64,000 nt of DNA from an uncultured virus (IMG/VR IMGVR_UViG_3300042473_000519). Lineage: Duplodnaviria; Heunggongvirae; Uroviricota; Caudoviricetes. This document shows positions 59,119-64,000 of the stretch, piece by piece. Where the stretch lies: IMG/VR virus record IMGVR_UViG_3300042473_000519. One strand, written 5' to 3'. The position numbers and the translations under genes are program-made. Numbering within the stretch: the first letter of the stretch is position 1; each line of letters opens with the position of its first letter. The notes below the pieces were generated by a model. It saw nothing but the letters and a program-made list of their open reading frames with translations, made no database searches and was not told the origin of the DNA.

Positions 59119-59125
59119 GTATAAT
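59096..59125 (+). promoter_or_regulatory. sigma70-type promoter TTGACA-18-TATAAT
   Basis: Consensus hexamers; ATG 59131 lies 5 nt downstream. Confidence 0.75.
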
Positions 59126-59130
59126 TAGGC

Positions 59131-60111
59131 ATGGGCCTAATAGCAGACACACTACTACAATACTTACCTGGTAAAAGAAAACAAACTCCAAGCGGATGGA
59201 TAAGTTTTAATGCCCCTTGCTGTGACGATAAAAGACAGCGTGGCGGCTTTATTATTAACGGTGGCGATGCAGTAAGCTATCATTGTTTTAATTGCCAGTT
59301 CAAATGCAGTTGGCAACCCGGCAGAACTATTAGTCAAAAGATGAACAAGTTCATGCAATTGCTCAACATGGGCGATGATACTATTAGCCAATTAAAGCTA
59401 GAAGCACTGCGTCTTAATGACAATTCCAATACAATTATACAAAGCATAGTACCCAAGTTTGAACCTAGAGCAATGCCTTTGGATAGCGAACTTATATCAA
59501 GTTTAGACCATATCCCGGAAAAGCTCATTCCTGTGCTTGAATATCTTTCAAGTAGAAGTTTATATCTCGAAGATTATCCATTTTATTGGACACCTAAAAT
59601 AGGGTTTAGCAATAGAGTAATCATACCGTTCCTCAAAGACAATGTCATTGTGGGTTACACAGCTCGGGCCATAGGCGACACTAAACCCAAGTACATCAGT
59701 GAGCAACAACCGGGATATGTGTTTAATTTAGATAGGCAAGCAAATAATCGAGACTTCGTAATTGTATGTGAAGGCCCGTTTGACGCGATAAGTATTGATG
59801 GATGTGCATTGTTAGGTGCTGAGATTAAAGACAGCCAAAACTGGCTACTCAAGCAATTGGGTAGGGAAATTGTTCTTGTTCCCGATAGAGATCACGAAGG
59901 ACCTAAGACAATAGAGCAAGCATTAGAGTATGGCTGGTCAGTAAGTATGCCCAACTGGCCCGAAGGCATTAAAGATGTAAACGATGCAGTAGTTAAGTTA
60001 GGTAGACTAGCAACATTATACCTAATAACATCCGCTAAAGAATCCAACAGCCTTAAGATACAACTTAAGGCAAAGAAATGGTTTAAGGAAGAACATGAAA
60101 CGAATAATTGA
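59131..60111 (+). CDS. gp61: DNA primase (gp61/DnaG-like)
   Basis: Zn-binding CC...YHCFNC; IIPF...GYTAR; PKY; TOPRIM EGPFD, PDRD, KDVND. Confidence 0.92.
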   Translation: MGLIADTLLQYLPGKRKQTPSGWISFNAPCCDDKRQRGGFIINGGDAVSYHCFNCQFKCSWQPGRTISQKMNKFMQLLNMGDDTISQLKLEALRLNDNSNTIIQSIVPKFEPRAMPLDSELISSLDHIPEKLIPVLEYLSSRSLYLEDYPFYWTPKIGFSNRVIIPFLKDNVIVGYTARAIGDTKPKYISEQQPGYVFNLDRQANNRDFVIVCEGPFDAISIDGCALLGAEIKDSQNWLLKQLGREIVLVPDRDHEGPKTIEQALEYGWSVSMPNWPEGIKDVNDAVVKLGRLATLYLITSAKESNSLKIQLKAKKWFKEEHETNN

Positions 60112-60208
60112 TTTTTTATTACGACCTTGGTACAAGTATCAAGAACGCAAACGTTTTAAAGAACGGCTCGAAGAATTACGCAAACGTGATCCATTTATCT
60201 ACAAATGA
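60095..60208 (+). CDS. 37-aa basic microprotein (missed by the ORF track)
   Basis: MKRIIDFLLRPWYKYQERKRFKERLEELRKRDPFIYK; AAGGA SD; ATGA-coupled to the carbamoyltransferase. Confidence 0.7.
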   Translation: MKRIIDFLLRPWYKYQERKRFKERLEELRKRDPFIYK

Positions 60209-61161
60209 TTCACTGGGGGATTAATGCACTTAATCACGGCAGTAGCCTTGCAGTGTTTAAGGACGAGAGACTAATAAGTTTGGATGTTTCACACGAAGAT
60301 GAAATACCTAGCGAGATTAAACTTAAGGCATTAAATTATGGTGGTGCACCGGATCGCATATATTGGTATGAACGTCCGTGGGTAAAGAAGGCAAGACAAA
60401 TTTATGCTGGACAATATCGTACTGCCATGGATATAAGCAACTTACCAAATAACTATACACAAAGAACAGGATTACATTATGCACCAATTACGTACACTCC
60501 ACACCATGCTAGTCACGCGGCGGCAGGTTATTATACCAGCCCTTTTAATCACTGTGCTGTTGTCGTGCTTGATGCTATCGGTGAGTTTGAATGTGCTACA
60601 ATTTGGAATTGCAGTCACGGCGAAATGAAGAAAGTGTGGAGTAGAAGTTACCCACATAGTTTAGGATTGTTCTACAGTGCCTTTACTCAGTTTATTGGGT
60701 TAACTCCAATAAAAGACGAACACTTATTACAGAAAATGGCAGAACAAGGTAATCCTTACTTGTTTAGAAGAACAGTAGGTAACTACTTTGGAACAGGAGT
60801 AGTTGACTTAGAATACAACTTTCATAGAGGAGTTGGGCATTGGGATGACAATAAATTAGAGACGTTACAGCTACAATGCGACCTTGCTGCCGCAGTACAA
60901 GAGCGTTTTGAAATAGAAGTAGGCAAGATAATGCGTCTGGCTAAGACATTAACTAATGCAGACTGTTTAGTCTATATGGGCGGTTGTGCTATGAACAGTC
61001 AGGCCAATCGTAACGAAGTAGAACCACAGTTTAAGTACATATGGAGTTTACCTAACCCTGGCGATCCTAGTAGTAGCATGGGCGCCGTGTTATATCATAC
61101 AAAAAATCGAGTGCAGGATTATCCGTGGGATCCAGTCAAACACATTGATATTAAAGTTTAA
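60205..61161 (+). CDS. Carbamoyltransferase, N-terminal (Kae1-like) domain only
   Basis: GINALNH; YERP; HHASHAAAGYYTSPF; VLDAIGE; SLGLFYS; GGCAMN; PGD..S..GA; stops before the GPRALGNRS domain. Confidence 0.85.
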   Translation: MIHWGINALNHGSSLAVFKDERLISLDVSHEDEIPSEIKLKALNYGGAPDRIYWYERPWVKKARQIYAGQYRTAMDISNLPNNYTQRTGLHYAPITYTPHHASHAAAGYYTSPFNHCAVVVLDAIGEFECATIWNCSHGEMKKVWSRSYPHSLGLFYSAFTQFIGLTPIKDEHLLQKMAEQGNPYLFRRTVGNYFGTGVVDLEYNFHRGVGHWDDNKLETLQLQCDLAAAVQERFEIEVGKIMRLAKTLTNADCLVYMGGCAMNSQANRNEVEPQFKYIWSLPNPGDPSSSMGAVLYHTKNRVQDYPWDPVKHIDIKV

Positions 61162-61173
61162 AGAGCGTATAAT
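61145..61173 (+). promoter_or_regulatory. sigma70-type promoter TTGATA-17-TATAAT
   Basis: ATG 61179 lies 5 nt downstream. Confidence 0.7.
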
Positions 61174-61178
61174 ACATT

Positions 61179-62642
61179 ATGACAGATGATAAAAAAGCAA
61201 GACAAAACGTGGACTATGGATATGACATCCAGAAAGTCTACTTGGAAATGATGCTGGCAGATGCAGGCACATTTGTACGCTGCCAAAGTATTTTTGACAG
61301 CAGTTTATTCGACCGTAAGCTACGTGAGCCAGCGGAGTTTCTTACTGCATATGTAAGTGAGAACAATGTGTTACCCACGCCTGACATTCTAAATGCGGCA
61401 ACAGGCAGTAATCTCAAGGCAGCAACAGAACTACGTGAAGAACACTTTGAATGGTTGCTCAACGACTTTGAAACGTTTACCCGCCACAAAGGACTGGAAC
61501 GTGCTATTCTAGAATCGGCAGATTTGCTGGAAAAAGGTGAGTACGGTCCAGTGGAAGAAAAAATCAAACAAGCGGTACAGATTGGATTACAAAGAGACAT
61601 GGGTACTGATTATTTCAAAGACCCAAGAGCACGATTGATGAGGATCAAGGACAAGAATGGACAAATTTCAACAGGTTGGAAAGCTGTCGACGATAAGTTA
61701 TTTGGGGGTTTTAATCGCGGGGAACTTAATATCTGGGCTGGTGGTAGTGGCGCTGGTAAAAGTCTTTTCCTAGCTAACTTAGGTGTTAACTATGCAACAT
61801 CTGGACTTAACGTACTGTATCTCACATTAGAATTGAGTGAAGAACTTGTATCCATGCGTGTGGATGCAATGATAACCGGAATCCCTACAAGAGAGATTTT
61901 CAAGAACATCGATGACGTTGAGATCAAAGTCAAAATGATTGGCAAGAAATCTGGACAGTTCCAAGTCAAGTACATGCCAAGTGGTAAGACAGCCAATGAT
62001 ATTCGTGCTTATATGAAAGAGTATGAAATCAAAATGGGCCGTAAGATTGATGTATTGCTAGTTGACTACATGGACTTGCTAATGCCCTTGAGCAAGAAGA
62101 TCAGTGCAGAAAACTTGTTTGTCAAGGACAAGTATGTTAGTGAAGAACTACGTAATCTAGCAGTGGAAAAGCAATGTGTATTCGTTACTGCGGCGCAGTT
62201 GAATCGTGGAGCAGTGGAAGAAATTGAGTTTGACCACAGCCACATATCGGGCGGGCTCTCCAAGATTCAAACAGCAGATAACGTGTTTGGTATTTTTACA
62301 AGTCGTGCTATGCGTGAACGTGGCAAGTATCAAATTCAGCTGATGAAGACACGCTCCAGCAGTGGTGTCGGTCAAAAGATTGATCTGGACTTTAATATTG
62401 ATACACTGCGTATCACAGACTGTGAGCAAGAAGATACATATGGTTCTGGACAAGCCAGTGCAGGATCCAGTTTGTTAAGCAGTATCAAAGCCCGTCAAAC
62501 TGTAACAGATGAAACCAAACCTGCATGGGAACGTGCCACACCTGCGGAAGGTTTTGACCTGGGCAAGCCTAGAATCAAAGCACAGGTCGAAAGTAGCAAG
62601 CTAAGAGATTTACTGAACAACTTACCACAGGATGATGTGTAA
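61179..62642 (+). CDS. gp41: Replicative DnaB-like helicase (gp41-like)
   Basis: ISTGW..VD; GGSGAGKS; LELSEE; VDYMDL; SEELRNLA; AAQLNR; TAD; MKTR. Confidence 0.94.
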   Translation: MTDDKKARQNVDYGYDIQKVYLEMMLADAGTFVRCQSIFDSSLFDRKLREPAEFLTAYVSENNVLPTPDILNAATGSNLKAATELREEHFEWLLNDFETFTRHKGLERAILESADLLEKGEYGPVEEKIKQAVQIGLQRDMGTDYFKDPRARLMRIKDKNGQISTGWKAVDDKLFGGFNRGELNIWAGGSGAGKSLFLANLGVNYATSGLNVLYLTLELSEELVSMRVDAMITGIPTREIFKNIDDVEIKVKMIGKKSGQFQVKYMPSGKTANDIRAYMKEYEIKMGRKIDVLLVDYMDLLMPLSKKISAENLFVKDKYVSEELRNLAVEKQCVFVTAAQLNRGAVEEIEFDHSHISGGLSKIQTADNVFGIFTSRAMRERGKYQIQLMKTRSSSGVGQKIDLDFNIDTLRITDCEQEDTYGSGQASAGSSLLSSIKARQTVTDETKPAWERATPAEGFDLGKPRIKAQVESSKLRDLLNNLPQDDV

Positions 62643-62689
62643 TCATCCTGTAACACAACTTTAAGACAAAAGACATAAGTACACATATA

Positions 62690-63151
62690 ATGACCATGGA
62701 ATTCATACGCATAACTGATCCGAAAGATCCTAGAGCAAGTTGCATCAAGGACGATCCGGTACGACCCCACATTCCACTTGAACAGCGTATAAATGAAGCA
62801 GCTGAAATCTTGATACTGAAAGCAGGCGAGGAAATACTTGCGGCCACATGCATGCAATGGCTCAGCACTATTCCCAAGAGCGAAGAAGATTTGGTCACCA
62901 TGGACAAGGACAAACGTGTGGCAGTGTTCTATACCATTTGGAGTTACGCACCAGGTGCAGGCGCCCGCTTGATCAAGGAAGCCGCAGAATGGATTCTAAA
63001 GGACTACAAGGATGTGGACGATATTGTTACACTTAGTCCCCAGACTGAGATGGCACGCCGATTCCACACCAAGAACGGTGCCACTGTGCATCAAACCAAC
63101 GATACCACAGTTAACTATCAATACTACCGTCGCAAGAAGCCCACTGAGTAA
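62690..63151 (+). CDS. GNAT-like protein
   Basis: FYTIWSY..GAGARLI...TLSP...A.RFH.KNG resembles GNAT motifs A/B. Confidence 0.55.
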   Translation: MTMEFIRITDPKDPRASCIKDDPVRPHIPLEQRINEAAEILILKAGEEILAATCMQWLSTIPKSEEDLVTMDKDKRVAVFYTIWSYAPGAGARLIKEAAEWILKDYKDVDDIVTLSPQTEMARRFHTKNGATVHQTNDTTVNYQYYRRKKPTE

Positions 63152-63168
63152 ATTCGCATAAATATTGC

Positions 63169-63903
63169 ATGCGAGTACATGAAATAATCAGCGAAGGAAT
63201 TGGATCCAAGATATTGGGTCTATTTGGCAAACAAGCGCCAAAAGAACTGCCCCGTATAGATCCCGTAATGGGCAAGCCCAGTGGTGCAACCCCCACTCCC
63301 ACACGGCCGGATCTTGGTCAAACATCCAAACCCACTGGTGCAACTCCCACGCCCACTCGTGATCCTGATCAAACTCCTAGACCCACTCCCATATACACCA
63401 CACCCAAATCCACAGCCGGACTGGATACCTTTCCTGCACTGGCCGCCAAAACAGCTCAAGCAGAAAGGGTTGGATTGCAGTTGCACAATCTTCCGGGCAC
63501 ACAGGATAAAATAGTGCAGATAGGTACTAGACCCATAGTGGTGGTGGACATAGATGGTTTTGCTGCTCCGTTTTATGTGAGCACAGGCAGTGGTGGCAAA
63601 ACCGGAGTGCCTGTGGGCAAATGGTATCCGTTCTTTGGCATTGGTGCCAAAGGCTGGTTCAACAAAGGTTGGACAGAAGAAATGATCAATACGTATTATG
63701 GCAATGCCAAACTGGCACGTGTGGCCCATGTGCTGGACAGCTCCATAGGCGATGTGAGAAATTTGGCAGGAGAAATGATGTCGGGTCAACCAGCCCTGAG
63801 CGTTATCAATGCGGGCAAACAGCCTTGGCCTTCACACATAATGAAACCTGATGAACAGCGTGCCTATGAACGATACATTACTGCTTTGGTAGACAGCATC
63901 TAG
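63169..63903 (+). CDS. Probable packaged/internal protein with Pro/Thr repeat linker
   Basis: MRVHEIISE N-terminus; late box 63158-63164; KP.GATPTPTR twice. Confidence 0.55.
   Translation: MRVHEIISEGIGSKILGLFGKQAPKELPRIDPVMGKPSGATPTPTRPDLGQTSKPTGATPTPTRDPDQTPRPTPIYTTPKSTAGLDTFPALAAKTAQAERVGLQLHNLPGTQDKIVQIGTRPIVVVDIDGFAAPFYVSTGSGGKTGVPVGKWYPFFGIGAKGWFNKGWTEEMINTYYGNAKLARVAHVLDSSIGDVRNLAGEMMSGQPALSVINAGKQPWPSHIMKPDEQRAYERYITALVDSI
63274..63360 (+). repeat. Imperfect in-frame direct repeat, 54-nt period
   Basis: aagcccagtggtgcaacccccactcccacacgg vs aaacccactggtgcaactcccacgcccactcgt. Confidence 0.75.
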
Positions 63904-63918
63904 GCACCCGCTGGTTCT

Positions 63919-63962
63919 TGCTACGAAGTAGCAGCGAAGCGCAAAATCGGAAAGCAGATTTT
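63919..63962. other. Cluster of three adjacent hairpins, two with GAA loops
   Basis: TGCTAC-GAA-GTAGCA, GCGAAGC, AAAATC..GATTTT. Confidence 0.6.
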
Positions 63963-64000
63963 AGGTCAGTTAACAGCCCACATTATCACTCTCACCAAAT

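Noticed and set aside
43808..62642. Inteins or group I introns in terminase, UvsX, UvsW, primase or helicase
   Set aside because: Lengths are normal and motifs contiguous; no C...HN splice signatures seen.
63220..63789. 189-aa antisense ORF over the last gene
   Set aside because: No motif or initiation signals; the plus-strand ORF has a late box and a coherent domain layout.
1..64000. CRISPR arrays, tRNA/rRNA genes, IS elements or integrase
   Set aside because: None recognised; intergenic gaps are short and explained by promoters and terminators. A covariance-model scan was not run.

Overview
This window is part of a large, AT-rich, T4-related myophage genome using the standard genetic code. 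Positions 1-30.4 kb hold tail fibre/adhesin-type structural genes: a 2750-aa modular protein, two Gly/Cys-rich paralogues and a second paralogue pair. These are interrupted by a tailoring-enzyme island (four 2OG-Fe(II) oxygenases, SGNH-like hydrolase, GT9-like glycosyltransferase, full-length NodU/TobZ-type carbamoyltransferase, catalytically degenerate GmhB-like HAD). Positions 30.4-49 kb hold Nudix, neck (gp15/14/13-like), dNMP kinase, an HNH fusion, sheath, tube, gp4, terminase and probable head-internal proteins. Positions 49-64 kb hold replication/recombination genes (gp32, UvsX, UvsY, UvsW, primase, helicase), a 191-aa miniature DnaE-like polymerase core and a half carbamoyltransferase. 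The best candidate for an undescribed system is a phage-encoded pathway that decorates Cys-rich virion adhesins by glycosylation, carbamoylation and hydroxylation. Other highlights are the mini-DnaE, nested domain insertions in the giant fibre protein, systematic leaderless genes behind T4-like late (TAAATA) and sigma70 promoters, and a promoter-dependent RBS-occluding hairpin. All calls come from motif recognition by eye; no searches were run.
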